A stretch of 64,000 bases of DNA from an uncultured Gammaproteobacteria bacterium (lineage in GTDB: Bacteria; Patescibacteriota; Microgenomatia; JAMCZE01), in assembly GCA_964641255.1 (NCBI GenBank), contig CAZXMM010000001.1, positions 15,757-79,756 of the forward strand. The letters are read 5' to 3'. The notes beneath the pieces were generated by a model that saw only the letters and a list, made by a program, of their open reading frames with translations, was not told the origin of the DNA and did not search any database. Positions 1 through 10,149 of this stretch are shown one piece after another. Positions within the stretch are counted from its first letter, which is position 1; each line of letters begins with the position of its first letter. The translations under genes were made by a program, and so were the position numbers.

Positions 1-34
1 AGCAAGTTGCTAAAATCTATACCCTCCCTACCCC

Positions 35-1102
35 CTAGGGTTGAGCGTCCAAATCCACCAGTTGGACGGTTTTTAAATAGGCGACTCCAACTAACCCTGC
101 GTCAGTTGTCGTCATAATGGTTTGGTGTTGGGGAATTATTTCTAAAACGTGGTGGCGATTCTTCGGATCTAGTTCCGAAAAAATATCATCAAGGAGTAAA
201 ATTGCTTGTGATTGCCCATTGCTCATTGCACATTGTATATTCAGATACTCCAGTTCCCCGAGCTTCATCGCCAGCACCGCCAACCGTTGTTCCCCCCGGC
301 TGCCAAACAAGTGAATATCTCGAGTTTTTCCCTCAAAAGATTCAAACACCTTAAAATCATCACGGTGTGGCCCCACCAGCGTCGCCGCTGCCCCAATTTC
401 CGCTTCTGCATACTTGGCGAGGCGCTCCGTAGAAATGGTGCTGTGGTCATAATGTAGGGCGATAGGAAAAACTGCATTTTGACTCTCGGTCAAAAACTGC
501 AAGTAGTCTTTGCGCCGGCCGTGAATAATTTGGCCATTGGCAATGAGCAGTTCATTCCAATAACTTAGTCGCTCCACAATACTTCTAGCCCCTAGTCCCT
601 GCTCCCTCGCTCCCTTTAAAATCCGGTTTCTTTGCCGCAGAGCCCGCTCATAAATGTGGCTTGCTACCCGATAATCTTTATGGACTTGGGACAGCACGAA
701 ATCTAGGTAACGCCGGCGCACCGCGGGGCCGTTCACAACTAGTTCCAAATCCAAAGGAGAAAACAGCACGGCAAAGACGTTACCGACAAAATCCACTTGT
801 CTTTTTCCCACGCCATTTAGTTTATAGAGTTTTTGAAAACGGCTCCGTTTGTCCCAGGTGATTTCTAGTTCACTCTCCCCGCTTAACTCCCCCGCGATCC
901 TGGCCACACTCTCTTCGTCACGTATCACTTCCTTCTCGGTCTCGGCCCGGAAGCTTTTACCGGTGGCCAGCAGATAAATGGCTTCTAAAATATTAGTTTT
1001 CCCAATAGCATTGGGGCCCACAATCAGCGTAGCAGTGGGAGAGAGCGAAAATTCTCTTTTTTTGTAATTGCGAAAGTTTTGCAGGCTAAGTTTGGCAAGC
1101 AT
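35..1102 (-). CDS. recF: DNA replication/repair protein RecF
   Basis: 355 aa. N-terminal Walker A GPNAIGKTNILEAI is typical of RecF/SMC-like ATPases, and the length fits RecF. Confidence 0.85.
   Translation of the reverse strand: MLAKLSLQNFRNYKKREFSLSPTATLIVGPNAIGKTNILEAIYLLATGKSFRAETEKEVIRDEESVARIAGELSGESELEITWDKRSRFQKLYKLNGVGKRQVDFVGNVFAVLFSPLDLELVVNGPAVRRRYLDFVLSQVHKDYRVASHIYERALRQRNRILKGAREQGLGARSIVERLSYWNELLIANGQIIHGRRKDYLQFLTESQNAVFPIALHYDHSTISTERLAKYAEAEIGAAATLVGPHRDDFKVFESFEGKTRDIHLFGSRGEQRLAVLAMKLGELEYLNIQCAMSNGQSQAILLLDDIFSELDPKNRHHVLEIIPQHQTIMTTTDAGLVGVAYLKTVQLVDLDAQP
1074..1102. repeat. 29-bp direct repeat copy A (aagttttgcaggctaagtttggcaagcat), covering the recF start codon region
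   Basis: Identical 29-mer at 2300-2328, read directly from the sequence. Confidence 0.85.
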
Positions 1103-1116
1103 GAAGGTATTCTAGC

Positions 1117-2328
1117 TCAAACTACGGCCTTTTTGTCACTAAAGTATTTCAGTGTGAGTAACACCCCGATAAGAGTGGTAAGTCCGATGCCCAGAATCCA
1201 TGCGAAGGCATTAGGAGATTGGTTATCAATATACGATCCCATCACAAGGGCCAGAAGTACGTAGGGAATTTTATACAACAGCGCCATCGTGGAAATGGCA
1301 GTGGCCCGGTTTCGTGACCCCACGACCGAGTTAACAACTGAGGATCTTACGTTATTAAAGATCGAGGAACTGGCAATCCGAATTATTATTAGTCCCCCGC
1401 CAATTAATAATCCTACGAAATTCGCCAGCAACAAGCTTCCCACTAGAACAAGACTGGTTCCTACTAACAATCCACTTATTCCATATTTTGTTTTCAAGGT
1501 AGGATACAGTTGGGAAGCAACGGCCGAAAGAATGTACCCCGCTCCAAAGAGAAGTCCTACTTTGAAACTATCGAGCCCATATTGCTTAGCTTGGGAAATG
1601 CCCAGAAAATTCGCGGTAACATAATACCCCATGCTTATGGCGATTAAAGCGAATGACAGAATTATGGTTTGTTGAGAGTGGAATAATTCTTTAAAACCAT
1701 TACCATTTTGTTTAAAGAACGAGACAAAGCTATACTTCACCGAATCTATTCTTGGCTCGATAAGGAAGAGACAGGAAATTGCTGCGGCAACATAAAAAAT
1801 ACCCTGCACAATGTAGGGAGACTGAAACTGCAGACTATAAATAAAGCCCCCCACCACTGCCGATAGTAGTAAAGCAATCCACTCAATGGATCTAAGATTC
1901 GAATTTACTTGGTCATAGTGCTCCTCTTTCCCTTGCTCTTTTAAGGTGTCGTAGACTAATGCCTCAAGACTACCGCTATAAAGCGCGATGCTAATTCCTT
2001 TTACTACCTCTAAAGCGGCAAACATCCAAAAAGCACTCGCTCCCGCTGTAATGAACATGGCAAGAGAATAAAGAACGAATGAAATAAGTACTGACAGCTT
2101 TCGACCTACCATGTCCGCAAAGGCACCGGTTGGGATCTCAAAGATAATAGAAACGATAGTCTGAATAGCAGTGATTGCTGCAACTTGGGTAAAGTCTAAG
2201 AATCTTAGATAAAAGAAAATCCAGACAGTAATGGGAAAATACAGCTCGCTTAAGAAAGTAAGAAGATAGGCCACCTTAATATTGCGATGCTCTTTTTGGA
2301 AGTTTTGCAGGCTAAGTTTGGCAAGCAT
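1117..2328 (-). CDS. MFS-family transporter (about 12 TM helices)
   Basis: Highly hydrophobic 403-aa ORF with an MFS-like motif (GAFADMVGRK). The track ORF extends to 2427, but that extension overlaps the upstream gene. The ATG at 2328-2326 inside the duplicated recF-like segment is the plausible start. Confidence 0.65.
   Translation of the reverse strand: MLAKLSLQNFQKEHRNIKVAYLLTFLSELYFPITVWIFFYLRFLDFTQVAAITAIQTIVSIIFEIPTGAFADMVGRKLSVLISFVLYSLAMFITAGASAFWMFAALEVVKGISIALYSGSLEALVYDTLKEQGKEEHYDQVNSNLRSIEWIALLLSAVVGGFIYSLQFQSPYIVQGIFYVAAAISCLFLIEPRIDSVKYSFVSFFKQNGNGFKELFHSQQTIILSFALIAISMGYYVTANFLGISQAKQYGLDSFKVGLLFGAGYILSAVASQLYPTLKTKYGISGLLVGTSLVLVGSLLLANFVGLLIGGGLIIIRIASSSIFNNVRSSVVNSVVGSRNRATAISTMALLYKIPYVLLALVMGSYIDNQSPNAFAWILGIGLTTLIGVLLTLKYFSDKKAVV
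2300..2328. repeat. 29-bp direct repeat copy B, forming the first 10 codons (MLAKLSLQNF) of the MFS transporter gene
   Basis: Identical to 1074-1102. Both genes begin MLAKLSLQNF. Confidence 0.85.
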
Positions 2329-2336
2329 AGACTCCT

Positions 2337-3212
2337 TTATACTCTTTTCTTCCTCTGTGCCGCAAGAAACTCGTTCTCCCCCCAACCCTTGGCAATTTCT
2401 GGAGTAATTTTTATACCTTGAGCCCACATAATTTCATAAAGAGACATGAGACTTTTTGCAAATGTGGAACTATTAATAATCACCCCCCAATTTTCTCCAT
2501 CTTCAATACAAACAATCCGAATAATGCTTCCGATGACACTGAAACGAACTTTGAAAAAATAATCAGGCCTTTCTAAATAACGTATTTCCCGGCTAACCAA
2601 ATAATCCGGATCAAGCCCATACTGGTAAGTCACCACATGTCTAGTCCAATCATTTAGGGGTACTAGCTCCCTGGATGTATATTTAGAGCTTTTCCGCCGC
2701 CTTGTCTCCTCGAAGACGTCTCGATTAATCTCGGGGCTACTAAATGCATCCGATGGAAATAGGTAATCCCACGAGGCTTCGGGGGCATCAAAACTATCTT
2801 TGCGACTATTAAAATATGCTTGCCTAGCCCCTTCCAATCCCGGAAAAAAACGAAAGTCAGCGTTGACTTCGTCCTTATGAAACTCACCCTTTAGCTCGGG
2901 AAGAATATCCACAACGTTCGCTTCCAAATTAGTCAGATCCGCGCGCTTTTGCCAAATAATTGAACGCAAAACAGACGGATTCTTAGCGCGGATTCGCGTT
3001 TGATGCTTGGTGAACCCATCGCTTTTTTTTAATTCTACTAGACCCTGCAGAGATAAAGTCATGATAATTTCATAGACCGTAGTCCGAGGTATTCCTGTTT
3101 CTCGAGCCAGTTGATAGGGAGTGGCGTCACCATCCTTAACTATCTGCCTATATACTCGAGCCTCATTGGTTGAAAGCCCAAATTTTTCTAATGTCGTTGA
3201 AACAAAATCCAT
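2337..3212 (-). CDS. TrmB-family HTH transcriptional regulator
   Basis: N-terminus LSTNEARVYRQIVKDGDATPYQLARETGIPRTTVYEIIMTLSLQGLV matches the TrmB winged-helix domain pattern. Length 291 aa. Confidence 0.65.
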   Translation of the reverse strand: MDFVSTTLEKFGLSTNEARVYRQIVKDGDATPYQLARETGIPRTTVYEIIMTLSLQGLVELKKSDGFTKHQTRIRAKNPSVLRSIIWQKRADLTNLEANVVDILPELKGEFHKDEVNADFRFFPGLEGARQAYFNSRKDSFDAPEASWDYLFPSDAFSSPEINRDVFEETRRRKSSKYTSRELVPLNDWTRHVVTYQYGLDPDYLVSREIRYLERPDYFFKVRFSVIGSIIRIVCIEDGENWGVIINSSTFAKSLMSLYEIMWAQGIKITPEIAKGWGENEFLAAQRKKRV

Positions 3213-3225
3213 AAAGTGAGTCTAT

Positions 3226-3254
3226 CACTGTCGACACTGTCCGTCAAACTTGAC
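3226..3254. promoter_or_regulatory. Candidate operator cluster in the divergent TrmB/3361 intergenic region
   Basis: Direct repeat CACTGTC x2 (3226-3232, 3235-3241), 8-bp palindrome TGTCGACA (3229-3236), and palindrome GTCAAACTTGAC (3243-3254), all seen directly. Confidence 0.3.
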
Positions 3255-3290
3255 AGTAATAGGTTCCTAAACCATAATCGCAACATAAAC

Positions 3291-3358
3291 GGGGGTGTAG
3301 TTTACGCAAAATTTTCAGCGCAAGTTGAAAGACGAAGGTTCGATCCCTTCCACCTCCA
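3291..3358 (+). other. tRNA-like 3' fragment: acceptor stem plus canonical T-arm, no recognisable D or anticodon arm
   Basis: GGGGGTG...GAAGG-TTCGATC-CCTTC-CACCTCCA. The 7-bp acceptor helix (one G-U pair) and the T-loop TTCGATC are canonical, but the middle 34 nt fold into no cloverleaf. Confidence 0.25.
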
Positions 3359-3360
3359 CT

Positions 3361-4368
3361 ATGGATAGTAGTTCATTTTTAAAGCAGCTAATAGAAACCG
3401 TACCCGACTACGAGGTCTCTCCTGATGAGAAAAAGCGAATCCAATTTGAGGGCATTGAAAAATTCCTTTATGCGAAACTAACTTCATCTAAATTTAAGGC
3501 GGCAGCCCTACCCCAAGAATTCCAACAGAAGGTGAAAGAAAAAATTAGTTATTGCGTCAATAATAGTTTGCCAATCCACATAACTATCCCTTTCGGAGGT
3601 TATAAGAAATGGCAATTGCCTACAGCCCCACTCCCCGACTGGGCTGAGGTTTTTAATTTTGTTCTGGTTAGAGACTACCTAGCTCCGATTGCAAAAATAT
3701 ATAAACACGGTGTTGTTTTGGAATACTTTTCTGACGAAATCTTTATAGCACCGATGAATAATTACCCTCAGAAAGACCTAGATCAATACAACGAACAGTT
3801 TGAAGAACTTATCAGCTATCTAAAGGATTTCCTTCCTCCTAAGTTTGTGGCCAAATGTTCAAAGATTAGAGATTTTATTTCTCAAGAAGAAATATTAAAA
3901 AGATTTGAACAAGCTTACCGAAAGCTCCAGGGCGATTATGAAAGTTTGTCTCCCAAAGAGAAGCAAGTCAAAATGGCGAAGACAGAAAGAAATTATCAAG
4001 GGGACCTGCGTGATTTGTCTGAAAATGAAAGACAAAGAATACTTTTTGGCTCATATTTAATCCACGAAGCGTTCACTAAATACGACTGGGATCTGGATAT
4101 TCCTTGGGCATTTGACAAGGATATGATTGCTTTAGGATTTTGCTACACTGGCTCCTGGGGCATTCATCTTCGCTCCTCAACCTCTTCAACGGTGCAATTT
4201 TGGATCGGCACTGGAACACTACTGAAAAGGGCCGATCGCTTCATCCCCACAATCTTGACTTATGAGCAATATCAAAAATCCCAAAAAGTCTTAAAGCAAG
4301 AGGCGGTTACTCTATTTCCAGAGAAATTTAGTAATCTCCAATCTGTGGCACTTCTTGAGCAGGATTAA
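3361..4368 (+). CDS. hypothetical protein (335 aa)
   Basis: Long ORF with a plausible ATG at 3361, after trimming the upstream tRNA-like segment. No family recognised. Confidence 0.5.
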   Translation: MDSSSFLKQLIETVPDYEVSPDEKKRIQFEGIEKFLYAKLTSSKFKAAALPQEFQQKVKEKISYCVNNSLPIHITIPFGGYKKWQLPTAPLPDWAEVFNFVLVRDYLAPIAKIYKHGVVLEYFSDEIFIAPMNNYPQKDLDQYNEQFEELISYLKDFLPPKFVAKCSKIRDFISQEEILKRFEQAYRKLQGDYESLSPKEKQVKMAKTERNYQGDLRDLSENERQRILFGSYLIHEAFTKYDWDLDIPWAFDKDMIALGFCYTGSWGIHLRSSTSSTVQFWIGTGTLLKRADRFIPTILTYEQYQKSQKVLKQEAVTLFPEKFSNLQSVALLEQD

Positions 4369-5273
4369 GTTTGGCACTTGGAGCAAAAGAACGTTCCTCG
4401 GCCCCCAATTCTCATCATTTTTATTTCCCCGCCGCATCTTGGACAGACGGCGCCTGGCTTGCCGTAAACTACAAAATGTTCCTGCATTTTACCTTTTTCT
4501 CCTAGAGCATTAACAAAGGCTTCGTCACTTGCGGAACTGCCCTGATACTTAATCGCCAGGGTTAAAATTTCCAGGATCCCCTTGTGGAGAGTTTTTATCT
4601 TTTCTGGCTCCTCTTTGGCCACCAACTTAGCCGATTTGTTGGGGTTTATCTTTGCATACCAAAGTGCCTCATTTGCGTAGATATTGCCTATTCCGGCAAT
4701 CTTTCCCTGTTCCATCAAAAGTAGCTTAATGGCCCGACCCCAGCTCTCACAAATCTTTTTAAGATACTCCGGGCTAAACTCCTTAGAAAAGGGCTCGGGG
4801 CCGTGTTTGGCGTGAATTTCTTTCAGTTCTTTTTCATCTACTATCTTCACCCAGCCAAACTGGCGATTATCATTAAAAAACAGTTTGGCTCCATCGGAAA
4901 GAGCAAAAACTACGTGAGTAGTTTTACCTGGTAATTCGAAACCGGCAAAAGGAATCCCCTGGTGAAAACTCACGGTCTCAGCCACATAGTCAATTTCTTC
5001 CCTCTTTCCCGACTGCGCATCTTTAGTTTTTAATTCGCCGTAAACCAGTTGTCCGGTCATTTTCAGGTGCACCGCAATCGCTGAATTGTTGTTCAGTTTA
5101 ATGATAAGAATTTTCGCCCGTCTCTGGACATCCACAATCTTGGCTCCGATGGCCACCTGAGGATCGCCATAAAAGATTTTGGGCAGACGCACCTTAACAT
5201 CCAGGATAGTTTTGCCTACTAACCGGTCCGCTAACTGGGTACGGATAGTTTCAACTTCAGGAAGTTCTGGCAT
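4365..5273 (-). CDS. mutM: formamidopyrimidine-DNA glycosylase (Fpg/MutM)
   Basis: N-terminus MPELPEVE with catalytic Pro2/Glu3, and a C-terminal zinc finger CPRCGG...CSKCQ. Confidence 0.85.
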   Translation of the reverse strand: MPELPEVETIRTQLADRLVGKTILDVKVRLPKIFYGDPQVAIGAKIVDVQRRAKILIIKLNNNSAIAVHLKMTGQLVYGELKTKDAQSGKREEIDYVAETVSFHQGIPFAGFELPGKTTHVVFALSDGAKLFFNDNRQFGWVKIVDEKELKEIHAKHGPEPFSKEFSPEYLKKICESWGRAIKLLLMEQGKIAGIGNIYANEALWYAKINPNKSAKLVAKEEPEKIKTLHKGILEILTLAIKYQGSSASDEAFVNALGEKGKMQEHFVVYGKPGAVCPRCGGEIKMMRIGGRGTFFCSKCQT

Positions 5274-5277
5274 AAGG

Positions 5278-5793
5278 CTATTTTAACATCTTAACTACTT
5301 CTCGATGGGCCCAAAATCCTAATTCAGGTAGATCGTTAAGAGGAAACCACTTAATATCACTATTTTCCGCTTCATCAGTCTTAAGTGGACCGTTTTTGAC
5401 TTGGGCTCGATAGACAATGACAAAGTGCCCCGGTTCCCGAATATCATCAATTGATTGGACAACAGTCATTAAAGAAAGCGTAGTCACATTGAGACCAGTT
5501 TCTTCTTTAACTTCCCGTTTGATGGTCTCTTCTGGGTGTTCCCCAAATTCGACAAAACCCGCCGGAAACATCCACGTTCCGCGATATGGTTCCCGGTTTC
5601 TTTTGACTAGGAGGATTTTTTTATCTTTAATAATTATCGCCGAGGTGGAGGTCACCACATGTGGATAGTAAACCCAGTGGTCTTTTGGACAGATTTTCCG
5701 TTCTTTTTCTCCGTCATGTCGAACTGTCAGTTCCGTCCCGCAAAATGGGCAAAACCTGTAATTTGGTGGGGTTAGTTTAAGCATTGTTGACAA
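5278..5793 (-). CDS. NUDIX hydrolase with N-terminal zinc ribbon
   Basis: CPFCG...CPKDH zinc ribbon followed by the Nudix box GFVEFGEHPEETIKREVKEETGL. Confidence 0.75.
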   Translation of the reverse strand: MSTMLKLTPPNYRFCPFCGTELTVRHDGEKERKICPKDHWVYYPHVVTSTSAIIIKDKKILLVKRNREPYRGTWMFPAGFVEFGEHPEETIKREVKEETGLNVTTLSLMTVVQSIDDIREPGHFVIVYRAQVKNGPLKTDEAENSDIKWFPLNDLPELGFWAHREVVKMLK

Positions 5794-6925
5794 TTTTAGT
5801 CATTTCTGTGACAAATTTCTCCTTAGAAAATTTCTTGGCTTGTTTTTGACTGTTCTCTTTTTTGATGTTAGAAAGTACTGTTTGTTGCATGGCTTCGGAG
5901 AGACCTTCGACACTATATTCCTCAAAAAAAGTGCCTGTTTTCCCTGGAACGATTGTCTCCAAATAGCCTCCTGACTTGTGGGCCACCACTGGGGCACCTG
6001 CCGCCATCGCCTCAATTTGGACAATACCAAAATCAACGTCTTTTTCTGCCACAATAAGCGCCTTACAGGTAGCATACAATTTCCAGAGCTCCTCGTCAGG
6101 TACTCGGCCCAAAAACTCAATATTGTCTGATTTCTGGGCGTCAATTTCTTTTTGTTCCCACATTAGCCCCGCGGATTCGCCGACAATTTTGAGTTTTACT
6201 CCCAACTTATTGGCAGCTTCCATCACCATCGGTAGGCCCTTGCCCCCCACTATCCGTCCCGCCCAGAGATAAAAATCTCCCCGCGAGTCTTTAATCTCTT
6301 TAGTAAAATTAATGATCTTCTCAACGTCAATCGGTGGATAAATTACCACGCTCTCCCGCCGGTAGTTTTTTTCAATCCTGTGGGCGATATTGGTGGAATT
6401 GGCGATAAACTGATCCACCCGCTTGGCCCCAAGGAAGTCATAGAGACGCAGGAAGTGTCCCACCAGATGACCGTACACTTTTACTGGCCAGAAGTATTTT
6501 TGCCACTCCATGGACGTTTGGTAGCCCCAAATAAAGCGTGGCGGGGTGTGGCAATAGCAAATTACTTTAACGTGTTTGGGAATGCGCACGGGTTTGGTCA
6601 AATAGCCACTACTAGATAGGATAACAACGTCAAACTTTGAAAAATCAAATGATTCCCAAATCAGGGGAATTAAAAAGCGTAGTGGAGAGTGTAGATTACC
6701 CCATTTTAGTAGTAAGTTGGCCCAGGAAGTAACAATTTTGGCCCCAGCAAACTCTTTTGCTACGGTCCCAGTGCCAGTGTAAAAGGCCGTATAAATTGGG
6801 GCCTCAGGATACATTTGGTGCAGAGTCAGCAGTACTCTCTCCGCCCCCCCAAATTCTTTTAAATAGTCGTGTACCAAGGCTATTTTCACTTCCCCAGTGT
6901 ACTGGATTCTCGCTGAAAACTCCAT
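5777..6925 (-). CDS. glycosyltransferase family 4 (GT-B, group 1)
   Basis: C-terminal EX7E-like region FLGRVPDEEL...VAEKDVDFGIVQIEAMAAGAPVV is typical of GT4. Confidence 0.75.
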   Translation of the reverse strand: MEFSARIQYTGEVKIALVHDYLKEFGGAERVLLTLHQMYPEAPIYTAFYTGTGTVAKEFAGAKIVTSWANLLLKWGNLHSPLRFLIPLIWESFDFSKFDVVILSSSGYLTKPVRIPKHVKVICYCHTPPRFIWGYQTSMEWQKYFWPVKVYGHLVGHFLRLYDFLGAKRVDQFIANSTNIAHRIEKNYRRESVVIYPPIDVEKIINFTKEIKDSRGDFYLWAGRIVGGKGLPMVMEAANKLGVKLKIVGESAGLMWEQKEIDAQKSDNIEFLGRVPDEELWKLYATCKALIVAEKDVDFGIVQIEAMAAGAPVVAHKSGGYLETIVPGKTGTFFEEYSVEGLSEAMQQTVLSNIKKENSQKQAKKFSKEKFVTEMTKIVNNA

Positions 6926-6944
6926 AATACCCTATAATATAGCC

Positions 6945-7232
6945 ATGGCTGAATTTGACTCATGGGAGCAACAATTCGCAGACACCCTCGTCTATACCCA
7001 TACCCGAAGTGGTTCGGACGTACTAATTGACTATGAAGTCACACGTCAGTCCGTAAACCCCCCCTGCACTGGGGGTGAAAACTGCATAATAAATTTAGCA
7101 CTTAGGGCAGCTATGGCAATTGACCCAAAATTTGATGCGCAAGAGTTCAGTGCCGACAGTGCTAGGTGTCCAGCCTGTAGAATTCCGTGCCAAATCTGGG
7201 GCACACTCCGCATACAGGAGCCAGAAGAGTGA
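6945..7232 (+). CDS. hypothetical small Cys-rich protein
   Basis: 95-aa ORF in a 350-bp intergenic gap (MAEFDSWEQQ...). Contains CPACRIPC and nothing else recognisable. Confidence 0.25.
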   Translation: MAEFDSWEQQFADTLVYTHTRSGSDVLIDYEVTRQSVNPPCTGGENCIINLALRAAMAIDPKFDAQEFSADSARCPACRIPCQIWGTLRIQEPEE

Positions 7233-7273
7233 CCAATTTTAGTGGAGAAACTATTTACTTAGTAACGAACAAA

Positions 7274-8212
7274 CTAGATCAGTTTCATCTGCTCGCTTGG
7301 GTCCAAAGTTACCTCTTTTTTAGCTTTCACTTTCTTGACCTGTCCCTGGCCCAAAATCTCAGTCATAATCCGCTGGGGAAGGCTTTTAAAACCCAGCTTG
7401 GTAATCATATACTCCATACCCCTTGGCCAGTTAATTTTCGCCACTTCCAGCTCCTCAGGGCGTAAGTGAATGGGGACATCGCAGACAATCGTGGCCAATT
7501 TTTTACCCAAGCCCGCATTTTCTGCCCCTTCGGCCAACTTTACGGCGACTCGCTCTGGCAACTGCCCCAGATGCCTATAAAGATTTTCTAGCGTGCCATA
7601 CTGTTTAATTAGCTCAAGGGCAGTTTTGGGGCCAATTCCCGCTACCCCCGGATAGTTATCAGAACTATCACCCTTGAGTGCCTTGACGTCAATCCACTGG
7701 GCGGGTGTTACTCCAAATTCCACTTGCATCAGCTTTAGGTCGTAGGTCTTGGTTTCAGAGAGCCCCTTAATGGGAATAAAGATCTTGACGTGGTTCGTGA
7801 CCAGCTGGAGCATATCTCGGTCTCCGGTCACTATGAAGGTTTCATAGGGGCTCTGGGCGGCTAAGGTGCCCAGACAATCATCGGCTTCAAAAGAGGCGAC
7901 TTCAAAATATTTAATCTCCAAACTATCAAGAAGCTCGTGAATTAGAGGAATCTGGTCGGCTAGATTCCCCGCCATTTCCGGGCGTTTTTTTTGATACTGG
8001 GTATACAGTTGTTGTCTAAAGGTCGGGGTGGGCAAATCAAAAGCGACCGCTAAAAAGTCGGGCTTGAGATCGGCCAGGACTTTTAGGAGCATATTCATAA
8101 ACCCATGGATAGCGTTCACACTCAGTCCACTTGGAGCCGTCAGGGTGGGGGGTAAGGCGTGGAAAGCGCGGTGCAAAATGGCGTGGCCATCAATAAGAAC
8201 GAGTCGTTTCAC
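7274..8212 (-). CDS. stand-alone 5'-3' exonuclease (Pol I N-terminal/FEN-like)
   Basis: LVLIDGHAILHRAFHAL...AVAFD matches the 5'-3' exonuclease/PIN-like motifs. At 312 aa there is no polymerase domain. Confidence 0.75.
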   Translation of the reverse strand: MKRLVLIDGHAILHRAFHALPPTLTAPSGLSVNAIHGFMNMLLKVLADLKPDFLAVAFDLPTPTFRQQLYTQYQKKRPEMAGNLADQIPLIHELLDSLEIKYFEVASFEADDCLGTLAAQSPYETFIVTGDRDMLQLVTNHVKIFIPIKGLSETKTYDLKLMQVEFGVTPAQWIDVKALKGDSSDNYPGVAGIGPKTALELIKQYGTLENLYRHLGQLPERVAVKLAEGAENAGLGKKLATIVCDVPIHLRPEELEVAKINWPRGMEYMITKLGFKSLPQRIMTEILGQGQVKKVKAKKEVTLDPSEQMKLI

Positions 8213-10149
8213 TTTGCTGATTTTTTACTTTTTACCATTTCCTTTTTATTACTATTCACCTTAGCATGACCCATCAGTCTTTCAAACTCGTCTCCTTCCA
8301 TTGTCTCGGTCCGAACTAATTCCAGAGCTAGGGTATCCATAAGTTTGGCGTTTTTAGTCAAAATGGCCTTAGCTAACTCATAACCCTCGTCGATAAAAGC
8401 CTTAACGGCCGCATCAATTCTCCCCATCATTTCATTAGATAAGGGCTGGGCCTCTGAATAGCTCTTACCCATATAGCTGTGCTGTTCGGCTGATAGATTG
8501 ATTGGTCCCAGGCTAGACATCCCGTATTCCATGACCATATCCCGGGCAATTGCGGTGGCTTTGGCAATGTCACTTGAGGCCCCAGTACTAAATTCACTAA
8601 AGACTAACTCCTCTGCTGCTCGTCCCCCCATCATGGCGGCAATTTGCTCCACCAGGTGTGATTTGGTTTCATTTAGCCGGTCACTACTTGGGGGAATCAA
8701 AGTATGACCCAGGGTCATCCCCCGAGACACAATACTGATGCGGTGGACCGGATCCATGTGGGGCAGTTCGTGGGTAACAATAGCGTGACCCAGTTCGTGA
8801 TAAGCCGTAATTTTTTTATCTTCCTCAGACTGGAGGCGTTTTTTTTGTGGTCCCAACTTAACTTTAGTGGCAGCTTCCTCAATGTCCTTCATGGAAATTT
8901 TAGTGCCATTACGCCGCGCCGCCTCAATAGCCGCTTCGTTAAGCATATTTTCTAGATCCGCCCCAGAAAAACCGACCGTTCGCTTGGCCACCTTGTCCCA
9001 ATCAACACCATCCTCAAACGGCTTATTTTTCTTATGCACTTGTAAAATCGCCAGTCGGCCTTCTTTATCGGGTAAATCTAGGGAGACCCGACGATCAAAT
9101 CGGCCAGGACGAAGTAAGGCGGGATCAAGCAAATCTCCCCTGTTAGTTGCGGCCATCACTATCACCGACTCATTGGGTTCAAAACCGTCCATCTCAATGA
9201 GTATTTGATTTAAGGTTTGCTCCCTCTCATCGTGTCCCCCCATCGCCCCCAAGGATCTGGTGCGACCAATCGCGTCAATTTCGTCAATAAAAATGATGGC
9301 GGGCTTACTTTTTTTTGCCTGAGAGAAAAGATCACGGGCTCTGGATGCCCCGACACCTACGAGCATTTCCATAAACTCTGACCCCGCCATGGAAAAAAAT
9401 GGCACCCCGGCTTCACCCGCTACCGCTTTAGCCAGGAGTGTCTTCCCCACTCCACTGGGGCCAAGAAGGAGCACCCCCTTGGGTGTTCTAGCTCCCAAAG
9501 CCGCATATTTCTTGGGATTTTTAAGGAAGTCGACAATTTCCTCTAGCTCTTTTTTAGCCTCATCCACTCCCGCCACGTCTTTAAAAGTAACTTGGGGGCG
9601 ATCGGGATTATGCAGTTTGGCCGGGCTTTGACCAAAAGAAAAGATAGAATTACTGCCGCCCATCTGTCTTCGGTAGAGCCAAACAATGAGGACAAAGAAG
9701 AGTAAAATTGGGCCAAAATTTAAGAGAGCACTCAGTAGCAGGTTTTTAGAAATATCGTCTTTGTTGATAATACTAATCTCTTTGGGGTCTAAACCGAGCT
9801 GGTCCTTAGAGTAAAGGGTTTGAGACAGGTTTTGAGTTGGTTCTTTTTGTGACGTAACACTTGAACCGTTTTTATACTTAACTGTTAAGTCGTTCTCCGA
9901 CACGGTAATGGTTTGAATCTTACCGTCTTTGGCGTCAGTTAAGATTTGCGAGATAGGTTTTTTCTCCAGTGGTTTTTGTGATCCCAGTAAACTACTGATA
10001 GTTAGCAGGATAAAAAAACCAACGACGAGGTAGAGGATGATGTCTCGTATGCCGAAGCGCATCTCCAGTTTAAACCCCCGCGGCCCCTTGCCGTTTTTTT
10101 GGGGAGTCTTGAGATTTTTATTCTGGGTGGGAAATTTTGGTAAATCCAT
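8209..10149 (-). CDS. ftsH: ATP-dependent zinc metalloprotease FtsH
   Basis: N-terminal TM, AAA Walker [19 protein letters not shown], second-region-of-homology motif, and zinc site HELGHAI. Confidence 0.9.
   Translation of the reverse strand: MDLPKFPTQNKNLKTPQKNGKGPRGFKLEMRFGIRDIILYLVVGFFILLTISSLLGSQKPLEKKPISQILTDAKDGKIQTITVSENDLTVKYKNGSSVTSQKEPTQNLSQTLYSKDQLGLDPKEISIINKDDISKNLLLSALLNFGPILLFFVLIVWLYRRQMGGSNSIFSFGQSPAKLHNPDRPQVTFKDVAGVDEAKKELEEIVDFLKNPKKYAALGARTPKGVLLLGPSGVGKTLLAKAVAGEAGVPFFSMAGSEFMEMLVGVGASRARDLFSQAKKSKPAIIFIDEIDAIGRTRSLGAMGGHDEREQTLNQILIEMDGFEPNESVIVMAATNRGDLLDPALLRPGRFDRRVSLDLPDKEGRLAILQVHKKNKPFEDGVDWDKVAKRTVGFSGADLENMLNEAAIEAARRNGTKISMKDIEEAATKVKLGPQKKRLQSEEDKKITAYHELGHAIVTHELPHMDPVHRISIVSRGMTLGHTLIPPSSDRLNETKSHLVEQIAAMMGGRAAEELVFSEFSTGASSDIAKATAIARDMVMEYGMSSLGPINLSAEQHSYMGKSYSEAQPLSNEMMGRIDAAVKAFIDEGYELAKAILTKNAKLMDTLALELVRTETMEGDEFERLMGHAKVNSNKKEMVKSKKSAK

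Noticed and set aside
2329-2427. Upstream 33-codon extension of the MFS ORF (MGSRYKNY...)
   Set aside because: It overlaps the TrmB gene. The internal ATG at 2328 coincides with the recF-derived duplicated start.
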